From Burkholderiaceae bacterium (GTDB taxonomy: Bacteria; Pseudomonadota; Gammaproteobacteria; Burkholderiales; Burkholderiaceae_D), in contig JBILCO010000001.1 of NCBI GenBank assembly GCA_044353075.1, forward strand, positions 1 through 41,354: a DNA stretch of 41,354 bases. The letters are read 5' to 3'. Every line of letters starts with the position of its first letter. The first letter of the stretch is position 1. The notes beneath the pieces are model-generated. The model worked only from the letters and a program-made list of their open reading frames with translations, was not told the DNA's origin and made no database searches. This document shows, one piece after another, positions 20,799 through 30,216 of the stretch. The translations under genes and the position numbers were made by a program.

Positions 20799-20930
20799 AC
20801 AGCTTTTGCGCAACAAAGGCGAAAAAATCGGTGATTACAAAACGGCAGCGACACATGTTCGTGCAAAATGCGCAACGCATTTTCCAAGAACCGCACCGGC
20901 TGCGATGCTTATCAACCAGAGTGAAATTCG

Positions 20931-21974
20931 ATGAAAAAGTTTAGCACAGCTGTCGTGTTGCTCCTGTTGGTGCTCTCATCGCACGCGATGGCCAAAGCGC
21001 GTTGCGAGTTTTTACGTACCGCGCCCGATTCGCACCAGGTGAAGACGGGCGACACGCTGTGGCATATTGCCGCGACTTTTCTGGAAAATCCCTGGTGCTG
21101 GAGCGAAGTGTGGGAGCTCAACCGTTCGCAGATTCGCGACCCGCACTGGATTTATCCGGGCCAGACCATCTATTTCGATCGCGAACGACGACAGCTGCGC
21201 CTGCTTCCCAGCGATGCCGACGCCGTGACCCGACGGGCACCGTCGATACGGACCGAAACCCTCCATACCGCACCTTTACCCGTTCTGCCTCAGGCACTGG
21301 GACAGTGGCTAGGCAAAACGACATTGATCGCTGCCGAGGCGCTGGCCAATGCGCCACGAGTGGCGGGGTTCAGGGATGGCCGGCGTATGGCGGCCGCCGG
21401 GGATACTGTTTTTGTATCCGGGGCGCTGGCGGGTCAGGCCGAGTTTCAGCTCATTCGTCCATTGCAGCACATTGCCGACCCGGAGACAAAGCAAGCTCTG
21501 GCACTAGCTGGTCTGCGAGTGGGTACCGTGTCCCTGGAAAAAGCGGGCGCGGAAACGATGCATCAATTCCGAGTGCGCTCGTCGGACACTGAAATTCGGA
21601 CCGGGGATCGCCTCATTCCATGGACAAATCTCACGCCACCACCGTGGCTGCCTCATCCAGCCACAGTAGCGGTCACCGGACGCGTCGCCGCGGTGCTGCG
21701 GGGCGCAAGCTGGGCGAGCCTGAACGATATTGTCGCCATCAATCGCGGTTCGCAGCACGGGCTGGATGCCGGCAGTGTCATCGCCGTCATCCGACACGTT
21801 AGAATCGCGGCCAATGATAGTCACGCTATCTCCGGCTCGTTCACCCCGGAGCAGGTTGCCGCCCTGCTGGTATTTGATGTCGCCGACAAGGCAGCGCTGG
21901 CCGTCGTCATGCGCGCCAGCGATACCTTCACCATCGGGGATGCCATCGAATCCGTGGACAGGAATGCACAATGA
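20931..21974 (+). CDS. LysM peptidoglycan-binding protein (TsaP-like)
   Basis: Signal peptide and LysM VKTGDTLWHIA...IRDPHWIYPGQ, in the conserved def-lysM-dprA arrangement. Confidence 0.88.
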   Translation: MKKFSTAVVLLLLVLSSHAMAKARCEFLRTAPDSHQVKTGDTLWHIAATFLENPWCWSEVWELNRSQIRDPHWIYPGQTIYFDRERRQLRLLPSDADAVTRRAPSIRTETLHTAPLPVLPQALGQWLGKTTLIAAEALANAPRVAGFRDGRRMAAAGDTVFVSGALAGQAEFQLIRPLQHIADPETKQALALAGLRVGTVSLEKAGAETMHQFRVRSSDTEIRTGDRLIPWTNLTPPPWLPHPATVAVTGRVAAVLRGASWASLNDIVAINRGSQHGLDAGSVIAVIRHVRIAANDSHAISGSFTPEQVAALLVFDVADKAALAVVMRASDTFTIGDAIESVDRNAQ

Positions 21975-23095
21975 ACGACACTGACGAACTCGCCGCCTGG
22001 GTCCGGCTAATGGACACCGAAGGTGTCGGTCCGCAAACCGCGCGCGAATTACTGGGGCGTTTTGGCATGCCCTCGGAAATTTTCGGGGCCGGCTTTTCGG
22101 CATTACAAAAATGCGTGCCTGAAAAAGTCGCCTATGCACTCTGCTCACCCGTCTCCGATGAACTGCAGGCCCGAATCGACAGGACGTTGACCTGGGCGGC
22201 TCAGCCACACAATCATGTACGGACGCTGGCCGACGATGATTACCCACAATCGCTACTGACGATTGCCGATCCGCCCCCGCTACTTTATGCGAAAGGCAGG
22301 CTCGCTCTACTGACACGTCCAGCGATTGCCATCGTGGGCAGCCGAAACGCAACCAAGCAGGGTATGGAGAATGCGGAACGCTTCGCTCAGGCATTAAGTG
22401 CCGCCGGGCTGACCGTGATTTCGGGAATGGCGCTGGGAATTGATGCTTCTGCCCACCAAGGTGCATTGCTCCACGCTGTGGCAGCGCGCGGCATTGGCTC
22501 TACTGTGGCCGTGACCGGTACCGGTCTCGATCTGGTCTATCCGGCACGCCACCGCGATCTTGCTCACAAAATTGCCGATGCAGGCTGTCTGCTCAGCGAA
22601 TATCCACTGGGCACGCCTGCCATCGCATCAAATTTTCCGCGTCGCAACCGCATCATCAGCGGCCTGTCATTGGGTGTGCTGGTGGTCGAAGCCGCGGCAC
22701 AATCAGGCTCTCTGATTACGGCACGCAGCGCGCTCGAGCAAGGGCGTGAGGTGTTCGCCATTCCGGGTTCCATCCATTCGCCACTGTCCAAGGGTTGTCA
22801 TCTGCTGATACGGCAGGGCGCGAAACTGGTGGAATCGGCGCAAGACATACTGGAAGAATTGCGCTGGAATTCGGACAGTGCGCCTGTGATGACACCGGTG
22901 CCTGCGACGCAAGACGATTCTCTGTGCAACGCTTTGCTGACGGCGGCAGGTTACGATCCGGTATCGGTGGATCAACTGGCAGAAAGATCGAATCTTTCCG
23001 CTGCAGAGGTGCAGGCCGGTTTGCTGACACTGGAACTGGATGGAAAGATTGAGTTGCTGCCCGGGGGACAATACCGTCGTCTCGGGAAAATCTGA
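21971..23095 (+). CDS. dprA: DNA-processing protein DprA (Smf)
   Basis: AIVGSRNAT, ISGMALGIDA, NFPRRNRIISGLS, VEAAAQSGSLITA and GREVFAIPGSI. Confidence 0.97.
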   Translation: MNDTDELAAWVRLMDTEGVGPQTARELLGRFGMPSEIFGAGFSALQKCVPEKVAYALCSPVSDELQARIDRTLTWAAQPHNHVRTLADDDYPQSLLTIADPPPLLYAKGRLALLTRPAIAIVGSRNATKQGMENAERFAQALSAAGLTVISGMALGIDASAHQGALLHAVAARGIGSTVAVTGTGLDLVYPARHRDLAHKIADAGCLLSEYPLGTPAIASNFPRRNRIISGLSLGVLVVEAAAQSGSLITARSALEQGREVFAIPGSIHSPLSKGCHLLIRQGAKLVESAQDILEELRWNSDSAPVMTPVPATQDDSLCNALLTAAGYDPVSVDQLAERSNLSAAEVQAGLLTLELDGKIELLPGGQYRRLGKI

Positions 23096-23364
23096 ATCCG
23101 TCGATTTATCTATATCAGCAACAGATTATTTTCAGAGCGACGAATTCACGCGCGAAATATTCTCTGCGGCAGCGCTCATTAAATAGTGCTGGAAACTTTT
23201 TTGGTTCAAAACTGACCGCAATCACCTGAATTTTTCTACACACCCAAAAACACCGATTTTTTGATCAGGCTCCTAAGCGCCTGAAATTAAAAGAAAAAAC
23301 GCCTATTCGGGTGAATATGCCCGTAGACGAATAAAATCGTTTCCGAAGTTTTTGGCCGCTGCGC

Positions 23365-23393
23365 TTGTGCCGGCTGCCGTATGAGGCTACATT
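23365..23393 (+). promoter_or_regulatory. Putative sigma-70 promoter giving a leaderless smg mRNA
   Basis: TTGTGC-N17-TACATT ends 6 nt before the ATG at 23400, and no SD is visible. Confidence 0.55.
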
Positions 23394-23399
23394 ACAAAT

Positions 23400-23876
23400 A
23401 TGTTTGAGGTGCTCGTTTACCTTTACGAAACTTATTACCGACCTGATGCGTGCCCGGATTCAGCGGCGCTCGCAAAAAAACTGTCGGCAGTGGGTTTCGA
23501 AGAAGAAGAAATTTCCAGCGCACTGGGCTGGCTGACTGATCTCGCGGAAACCACCAACGAGATGTTCAGTCAGCAGGCACGCCAGACGGCGTTTTCTTTC
23601 GGCTTTCGCGTTTACGCAGAGCAGGAGTATGAAGCGCTGGGTACAGCCGCTATAGGATTCATTGAATTTCTGGAATCGGCTGAAGTCATCAACGCCATCC
23701 AGCGTGAAATCGTGATCGAGCGCGCCTGCGCGATCAATGAGTCGCCTGTTCAGCTGGACAAGCTCAAAGTCATCGTCTTGATGGTGCTCTGGAGCCAGGG
23801 CAAGGAGCCCGACGGGCTCATTCTTGACGAGCTCTTCATCGACGATGAAGATGCCGGGGCCCCGGTCTATCATTGA
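23400..23876 (+). CDS. smg: Smg (DUF494) protein
   Basis: [12 protein letters not shown]...[18 protein letters not shown]...[10 protein letters not shown], located between dprA and the topoisomerase. Confidence 0.9.
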   Translation: MFEVLVYLYETYYRPDACPDSAALAKKLSAVGFEEEEISSALGWLTDLAETTNEMFSQQARQTAFSFGFRVYAEQEYEALGTAAIGFIEFLESAEVINAIQREIVIERACAINESPVQLDKLKVIVLMVLWSQGKEPDGLILDELFIDDEDAGAPVYH

Positions 23877-24074
23877 CCCCGGTCGCGTTCCCGACCCCGG
23901 GCCTGACAGGCCCTTCTTGCGAATTCCCGGATAACCCGCTTATCATTGGCCGCATTTAGCCAATAATTGCCAAAATATCAGCGATTTTCCAGCAATTATC
24001 AGGCGCCGAACCCTTCAGCATGGACCTAGCCTGGCAAAGTTGCCAGGTCGACATGCCTGTTTACCGGACTAATT

Positions 24075-26801
24075 ATGACCAAAACCCTCATCATCGCCGA
24101 GAAGCCCTCTGTTGCGAATGACATCGCGAAGAGTCTCGGGGGCTTTACCAAGCACGATGAGTATTTCGAGTCGGACGACTACGTACTGTCTTCGGCGGTC
24201 GGCCACCTGGTCGAAATTGCGGCGCCCGAAGAACACGACGTCAAACGCGGGAAATGGTCTTTTGCCAACCTGCCGATGATCCCGCCGTATTTCGCGCTCA
24301 ATCCGATTCAGAAAACCGAGTCGCGACTGAAATTGCTGAATAAACTTCTCAAGCGCAAAGATGTGGGTGCCGTGATCAATGCCTGTGACGCGGGCCGCGA
24401 GGGTGAGCTGATCTTCCGTCTGATCATGCAGTACGCAAAAGCCAAACAGCCCATCAAGCGCTTGTGGTTACAGTCGATGACGCAGGGCGCGATACGCGAT
24501 GCTTTCCGTCAGTTGCGCGATGACACGGAAATGATGCCTCTGGCCGATGCAGCGCGGTGCCGCAGCGAAGCGGACTGGCTGATCGGCATTAACGGCACCC
24601 GCGCGATGACCGCCTTCAAGTCCAAGGAAGGCGGCTTTTACCTGACCACGGTCGGTCGTGTGCAAACCCCGACGTTGTCCATCGTTGTCGAACGTGAAGA
24701 AAAAATCAAACGATTCGTGCCGCGCGATTACTGGGAAGTGCGGGCCGAATTCGTCTGCGCTGCGGGCACTTATGAAGGTCGCTGGCTGGACACGCAGTTC
24801 AAGAAGGATGAGACCGATCCCGAAAAACGTGCGGAGCGGCTATGGAGCAAGGCGGCGGCTGAATCTATCGTTGCCGCTTGCCGGAGCAAAATCGGTGCAG
24901 TCACCGAAGAATCCCGGCCAAGCACATCAATGGCGCCGGCGCTGTTCGATCTGACCAGCCTGCAGCGGGAAGCGAATGCCCGGTTTGGTTTTTCGGCAAA
25001 AAATACGCTCGGCCTGGCGCAGGCACTGTACGAACGTCACAAGGTGCTGACCTATCCGCGTACGGATTCACGGCATCTGCCGGAGGACTATCTGCCGACA
25101 GTCACCGAGACGCTTGAGACGCTCAGTGAAAGTAATAATTACTATCCATTTGCAGCCCAGATTCTCAACAGCAAATGGGTCAAGCCCAACAAACGTATTT
25201 TCGATAACACGAAGATCAGCGATCACTTTGCGATCATTCCGACCACGCAAGCGCCAAAAAATCTGTCCGAGCCTGAGCAAAAACTCTATGACCTCGTCAC
25301 GCGCCGTTTCATGGCGGTTTTCTTTCCTGCAGCGGAATATCTGATCACCACGCGCTTCACCGAAGTATCGGGCCACCAATTCAAGACCGAAGGCAAAATC
25401 CTGACCAATCCCGGCTGGCTGACCGTGTACGGCAAGGAAGCCATTGAGCCCTCGAAGGATGCGAAAGACGGCGAAACGACCGGCACGCTGGTGCCCGTGG
25501 CCAAAGACGAAAAGGTGAAGTCCGATAAAGTCGACATACACAGCTTGGTGACCAAACCGCCGGCACGCTACTCGGAAGCGACGCTGCTGTCAGCGATGGA
25601 AGGTGCAGGCAAACTGGTTGACGATGAAGAACTGCGCGATGCGATGGCGGGCAAAGGCCTGGGTACCCCAGCGACCCGCGCAGCCATCATTGAAGGCCTG
25701 CTGAATGAAAAATACCTGGTGCGCGAAGCGCGGGAATTGATCCCCACAGCCAAAGCGTTCCAGCTCATGACGTTGCTGCGCGGTCTGGGTGTCTCCGAGC
25801 TGACTGCCCCCGAGCTGACGGGCGGGTGGGAATTCAAGCTGGCGCAAATGGAGCGCGGCAACATCAGCCGTGAAGAGTTCATGCGCGAAATCGCACAAAT
25901 GACGCAGATCATCGTCAAGCGTGCCAAAGAATACGATAACGACACCATCCCCGGCGACTATGCAACGCTAAAGACGCCTTGTCCCAATTGCGGCAGCGTG
26001 GTCAAAGAAAATTATCGTCGCTTCGCGTGCACGAAATGCGAATTCTCAATCAGCAAAATACCCGGCGGCCGTCAGTTTGAAGTCACTGAAGTCGAAGAGC
26101 TGCTGACGGAGCGCACCATCGGGCCATTGCAGGGTTTCCGCTCGAAGATGGGCCGTCCGTTCGCCGCCATACTGAAAATTTCACGCGACGAGGAAATCAA
26201 GAATTACAAACTCGAATTCGATTTCGGGCAGAGCGGTGCGGATGACGAGAATGCCGAACCGGTCGATCTCAGCGGACAAACCCCGCTGGGCGCCTGCCCG
26301 AAATGTGGTGGCGGCGTCTATGAAGTCGGCCTTGCCTACTTCTGCGAAAAAACGCTGGCTAAACCCAAAGCCTGTGATTTCCGTAGCGGTCGCATCATCC
26401 TGCAGCAGGAAATCCTGCCTGAGCAGATGGTCAAGCTGCTCACTGAAGGGCGTACTGATCTGCTCCCGGGTTTTGTTTCGCAACGCACCCGCCGGCCTTT
26501 CAAGGCCTATCTGGCCAAAGGCAAAGATGGCAAAGTGAGTTTCGAATTCGAACCACGCAAAGGCAAGGCGGGCGCAAAGGATGAGGCGGAGCAGGAAGAC
26601 GGCGCAGCACCCGCGAAAAAGGCAGCGAAAAAAGTCGCTGCGAAAGCACCGTCAAAAGCCGCGCCCGTGAAAGTCGCTGCCAAAAAAGCGGTCGCTAAAA
26701 AAGCGGTCGCAAAAAAGGCCGTGGCCAAAAAAGCGGTGGCAAAGAAAGCCGTCGCCAAGAAAGCGGTTGCCAAAAAATCTACCGCAAAAAAAGCCGCTTG
26801 A
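24075..26801 (+). CDS. topB: DNA topoisomerase III (type IA) with Zn-ribbon repeats and Lys/Ala-rich tail
   Basis: TOPRIM LIIAEKPSVA...ACDAGREGE, GRVQTPTL, active-site LTYPRTDS, GLGTPATRA and CPNC/CPKC ribbons. Confidence 0.95.
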   Translation: MTKTLIIAEKPSVANDIAKSLGGFTKHDEYFESDDYVLSSAVGHLVEIAAPEEHDVKRGKWSFANLPMIPPYFALNPIQKTESRLKLLNKLLKRKDVGAVINACDAGREGELIFRLIMQYAKAKQPIKRLWLQSMTQGAIRDAFRQLRDDTEMMPLADAARCRSEADWLIGINGTRAMTAFKSKEGGFYLTTVGRVQTPTLSIVVEREEKIKRFVPRDYWEVRAEFVCAAGTYEGRWLDTQFKKDETDPEKRAERLWSKAAAESIVAACRSKIGAVTEESRPSTSMAPALFDLTSLQREANARFGFSAKNTLGLAQALYERHKVLTYPRTDSRHLPEDYLPTVTETLETLSESNNYYPFAAQILNSKWVKPNKRIFDNTKISDHFAIIPTTQAPKNLSEPEQKLYDLVTRRFMAVFFPAAEYLITTRFTEVSGHQFKTEGKILTNPGWLTVYGKEAIEPSKDAKDGETTGTLVPVAKDEKVKSDKVDIHSLVTKPPARYSEATLLSAMEGAGKLVDDEELRDAMAGKGLGTPATRAAIIEGLLNEKYLVREARELIPTAKAFQLMTLLRGLGVSELTAPELTGGWEFKLAQMERGNISREEFMREIAQMTQIIVKRAKEYDNDTIPGDYATLKTPCPNCGSVVKENYRRFACTKCEFSISKIPGGRQFEVTEVEELLTERTIGPLQGFRSKMGRPFAAILKISRDEEIKNYKLEFDFGQSGADDENAEPVDLSGQTPLGACPKCGGGVYEVGLAYFCEKTLAKPKACDFRSGRIILQQEILPEQMVKLLTEGRTDLLPGFVSQRTRRPFKAYLAKGKDGKVSFEFEPRKGKAGAKDEAEQEDGAAPAKKAAKKVAAKAPSKAAPVKVAAKKAVAKKAVAKKAVAKKAVAKKAVAKKAVAKKSTAKKAA
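26679..26798 (+). repeat. 8 x 15-bp coding tandem repeat: (AKKAV)6-AKKST-AKKAA
   Basis: Units such as GCCAAAAAAGCGGTC, GCTAAAAAAGCGGTC and GCAAAAAAGGCCGTG differ at synonymous positions. Confidence 0.95.
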
Positions 26802-26830
26802 GTTTTCTCGGCTCTACTCGCTGACCCGCA

Positions 26831-26857
26831 TCACGCAAGGCACCGTGCCTTGCGTGA
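26831..26857. repeat. Perfect 13-bp inverted repeat downstream of topB
   Basis: TCACGCAAGGCAC-C-GTGCCTTGCGTGA, with no adjacent U tract. Confidence 0.8.
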
Positions 26858-26984
26858 ACTCAATGCCTCCGACGCTATCCCGAACTTTTCGCATCACTTC
26901 CGCTTCTACTGACGGCATGTTCATGCAGTCTTCCAGTACGTCGCATTTCTACGTACTGCCTTTATATTTTTGCGGGAGTGATTT

Positions 26985-27356
26985 ATGACCAAATGGATGA
27001 TACCGATTGCCTGCGCCGTGTTACTGAGTGCGTGTGCGGGAATGACCGGCGGCGGTTCAGGTGAAGGAAAAGAGCGTAGCTCGGGTTCAAGCACCCCTAG
27101 TTCGGGCACCTCGGGCAGCAGCACCGGCAGCATGCCCTCCGATTCCGGCAGCGGCAGTTCAACCGGCGGCTCAACAGGTAGCTCAACCGGCGGTTCGACT
27201 GGCGACACCAGCGGCAGCGGATCCTCCTCCGGCACTTCGGGCGGTGGTATGGGTGGCAGCGGCATGGGCGGCACCGGTACGGACACCCCTAGCACCACCA
27301 GTCCCACACCGAGCACGACACCCGGACCCACCACCAGCCCGAGCACAGGCCAGTAA
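26985..27356 (+). CDS. Gly/Ser/Thr-rich low-complexity lipoprotein
   Basis: SD GGGAG and lipobox LSAC. The mature part is almost entirely G/S/T/P with an SSTGGSTG duplication at 27156-27203. Confidence 0.72.
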   Translation: MTKWMIPIACAVLLSACAGMTGGGSGEGKERSSGSSTPSSGTSGSSTGSMPSDSGSGSSTGGSTGSSTGGSTGDTSGSGSSSGTSGGGMGGSGMGGTGTDTPSTTSPTPSTTPGPTTSPSTGQ

Positions 27357-27454
27357 ACGTCCTTAAACGCAGACGCTGTGGATGCACGCCGTGCAGTAAG
27401 GCCCATCCGATGCATGCGCTACACTGTCGGGCAGCTTTGCTATCGCTGCCCGAC

Positions 27455-28675
27455 ATGTTCAACACCACTGCTGCGCCCAAACTCTCGACCGTACTAATCG
27501 CCAGCGGCGTCATCCTGTCTCTGGCCATGGGGGTTCGCCATGGGTTTGGTTTCTGGCTGCAACCGATATCGCTGCAGCATGCGTGGACACGCGAAACCTT
27601 TTCGCTCGCGATGGCGGCTCAGAATCTGATGTGGGGGGTATTTGGTCCACTCGCAGGTATCGCGGCCGACCGGATGGGTGCCGCACGCGTCGTGATCTTC
27701 GGCGCATTCCTGTATATGTCCGGACTGTTGTGGATGGCATTCGTCGATCAGGCTGGTCTGTTCATCATCGGCTCGGGCGTACTGCTCGGCGGCGCGCTGT
27801 CCTGCACCGCATTCGGCGCTCTGTCAGGCATTGTCGGACGCACAGCGTCGGCGGCAAAACGCTCATGGGCATTCGGCATCCTCGGTGCTGCAGGATCATT
27901 TGGTCAATTTGCGATGGTGCCGGTAGAACAGCAATTGATCGCTGCGACCGATTGGCACCAGGCGCTCCTGATGCTGGCCGTGCTGGTGGTGCTGGTGATG
28001 GTTCCGCTCGCGTGGCTGCTACGCGAACCTGCAGCGCCGGCGGTCACACCGGGGCCACAGCAAAGCATTCTTGAAGCGACACGCGAAGCCTTTGCCTACC
28101 GGCCTTTCCAGCTGCTGGTGTGCGGCTATTTTGTCTGCGGCTTTCAGGTGGTTTTCATTGGCATGCACCTGCCCGCTTATCTGCGCGACAAGGGCATGAA
28201 TGATCCGATGGTCGCAGTCGTTGCGCTCGCACTGATCGGGCTATTCAATATATTTGGCTCTTACTACGCTGGTAAGCTGGGAGACGTCATACCCAAGCGC
28301 TATCTGCTGTCGGGCATCTATTTTGCGCGCGCCGTAATCATCACGATTTTTCTGCTAGCGCCCTTGTCAGCACTTTCCGCTTATGTGTTCGCGGCGGCGA
28401 TGGGGCTGTTATGGCTGTCCACGATCCCGCTGACGAACGGTGTAATCGCCGGCATTTTCGGTATGCGCTATCTGTCGATGCTGTCGGGCTTTGTTTTCTT
28501 TTCACACCAGATCGGCAGCTTCCTCGGCGTGTGGCTGGGAGGCTATCTTCATACGCTGGAAGGCAACTACAACACGGTGTGGATAATCACGATTGCGCTG
28601 GGTATTTTTGCCGGACTGGTGAACCTGCCAATCCGGGAAGGCGCCATTGTGCGCGAAGCACCGGTGACAGCATGA
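27455..28675 (+). CDS. MFS transporter
   Basis: About 12 TM segments with GIAADRMG, FVCGFQVVFIGMHLP and FFSHQIGSFLGVWLGG. Start at ATG 27455. Confidence 0.9.
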   Translation: MFNTTAAPKLSTVLIASGVILSLAMGVRHGFGFWLQPISLQHAWTRETFSLAMAAQNLMWGVFGPLAGIAADRMGAARVVIFGAFLYMSGLLWMAFVDQAGLFIIGSGVLLGGALSCTAFGALSGIVGRTASAAKRSWAFGILGAAGSFGQFAMVPVEQQLIAATDWHQALLMLAVLVVLVMVPLAWLLREPAAPAVTPGPQQSILEATREAFAYRPFQLLVCGYFVCGFQVVFIGMHLPAYLRDKGMNDPMVAVVALALIGLFNIFGSYYAGKLGDVIPKRYLLSGIYFARAVIITIFLLAPLSALSAYVFAAAMGLLWLSTIPLTNGVIAGIFGMRYLSMLSGFVFFSHQIGSFLGVWLGGYLHTLEGNYNTVWIITIALGIFAGLVNLPIREGAIVREAPVTA

Positions 28676-28803
28676 TGCACTGGTACCGCACTCGCCTCTT
28701 GCTGCTGTTGCTTGGCGCTGCTTTGGTAGCGTTGATTTTTTCTGCTTATCTGCAGCCGGCATTCATGCTCGATCTCGCCAATCGTTTGTTCCTTTGCATG
28801 TGA
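28672..28803 (+). CDS. 43-aa single-TM small protein
   Basis: MMHWYRTRLLLLLLGAALVALIFSAYLQPAFMLDLANRLFLCM, with an ATGA overlap on the MFS stop. Confidence 0.65.
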   Translation: MMHWYRTRLLLLLLGAALVALIFSAYLQPAFMLDLANRLFLCM

Positions 28804-28894
28804 TCTTTTGCGTGTGATCTTTTGCGTGTGATCTTTTGCATAGGATCTTTCGAGCGCGATCCTTTGTGTGCTGTTTTTATTGGTGATCTTTTTT
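28786..28894 (+). repeat. Degenerate 14-bp tandem repeat (GTGATCTTTTGCGT)
   Basis: Near-identical units start at 28800, 28814 and 28828. Decayed units start at 28786, 28842 and 28856, with a partial unit at 28883. Confidence 0.9.
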
Positions 28895-28904
28895 GTCTGA
28901 TGCA

Positions 28905-30110
28905 ATGAAGTCCTACGACACCCTTTCCCGCGCCGCCGTACAGTCGCTGGGCGCTTCACGCATTCGGGAAGTGGCGAATGCCGGCATGGGACGCGCCGAT
29001 GTACTGCCCTTCTGGTTCGGCGAACCCGATGAAGTCACGCCGGATTTTATTCGCGAAGCGGCCAAGTCGGCGCTTGATGCGGGCGATACGTTTTATACCC
29101 ACAACCTCGGGCTACCTGAGCTGCGTGAAGCACTGGCGCGCTATTCGACAGACCTGCATCAGCCGGTCAGCGCGGAACATATCGCCGTCACGTCCTCCGG
29201 CGTGTCTGCGCTCATGCTGGTGGCGCAACTGCTACTCAATCCCGGCGATCGCGTCGTGATCGTTACACCGCTGTGGCCGAACCTGATCGAGATACCGAAG
29301 ATACTGGGCGCCGAAGTGATTTCGGTACCCTTGCAGCTGTCGACACAGCGCGCCGACCCGCTCTGGGAGCTGGACCTTGATCGACTGCTGGATGCACTGA
29401 CGCCGGACACGAAGGCATTGCTCATTAACTCGCCCAACAATCCCACTGGCTGGACCATGCCCAGGGCGCAGCAGCAAATCGTGCTCGATCATTGCCGCAA
29501 GCATGGCATCTGGTTGCTCGCTGATGATGTCTATGAGCGATTGGTCTACGACATGCCGGCCGGTGCGCGCCTCTGCGCGCCCTCATTTCTTGATATCGCC
29601 GAGATGAACGAGCGGGTGGTGTCAACCAACAGCTTTTCCAAATCCTGGCTGATGACAGGGTGGCGATTGGGCTGGATGCAGGTACCGATCTCACTGATGG
29701 CAGATCTGGGCAAACTGATCGAGTACAACACCTCTTGCGCACCTGGCTTTGTGCAAAAGGCGGGTATCGTCGCTGTTGGGCAGGGCGATGAAATCGTGAC
29801 ACGCTCCATTGCGCGCTACACGCAGGCACGCAACTACCTTTACGAAGAGCTCTCACGCCCGGTCTTCCGCGATGCGGGCATTATTGCGCCACGTCCTGCG
29901 GGTGCCATGTATTTGTTTTTCCGCATTGAAGGCGAAACCGATTCGCTCGCGCTGTGCAAACGACTGGTTGCTGAAGCCGGACTGGGTCTGGCGCCCGGCA
30001 GCGCATTCGGACCCGAAGGCGAGGGCGCCATTCGCTGGTGCTTTGCCAGCGCGACCGAGCGTCTGGCGCTCGGCGTACAAAGGCTGGAAGCGTTTCTCCG
30101 CGAACGCTGA
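28905..30110 (+). CDS. PLP-dependent aminotransferase, class I/II
   Basis: FGEPD, INSPNNPTG, ADDVYE and PLP-lysine motif SFSKSWLMTGWRLG. Confidence 0.93.
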   Translation: MKSYDTLSRAAVQSLGASRIREVANAGMGRADVLPFWFGEPDEVTPDFIREAAKSALDAGDTFYTHNLGLPELREALARYSTDLHQPVSAEHIAVTSSGVSALMLVAQLLLNPGDRVVIVTPLWPNLIEIPKILGAEVISVPLQLSTQRADPLWELDLDRLLDALTPDTKALLINSPNNPTGWTMPRAQQQIVLDHCRKHGIWLLADDVYERLVYDMPAGARLCAPSFLDIAEMNERVVSTNSFSKSWLMTGWRLGWMQVPISLMADLGKLIEYNTSCAPGFVQKAGIVAVGQGDEIVTRSIARYTQARNYLYEELSRPVFRDAGIIAPRPAGAMYLFFRIEGETDSLALCKRLVAEAGLGLAPGSAFGPEGEGAIRWCFASATERLALGVQRLEAFLRER

Positions 30111-30216
30111 GCGCGGGGCATCGCCCAGGCTTGCGGGCATAAGCAAAGGCGGTACGGCATAATGACCGTCCTTTTGCATTGCCCGCACCATAAAACAACC
30201 GCTTTCAGGAGACTGC

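Noticed and set aside
26913-26927. CGGCATGTTCATGCA as a sigma-54 promoter for the Gly/Ser lipoprotein
   Set aside because: GG-to-GC spacing is 9 nt rather than the required 10.
26921-27415. 164-aa Pro/Val/Glu-rich minus-strand ORF
   Set aside because: Mirror of the low-complexity lipoprotein gene, which has the SD and lipobox.
28786-28894. GATC 14-mers as oriC 13-mer unwinding elements or a CRISPR array
   Set aside because: No DnaA boxes or dnaA/gidA context. The units are contiguous without spacers, and there are no cas genes.
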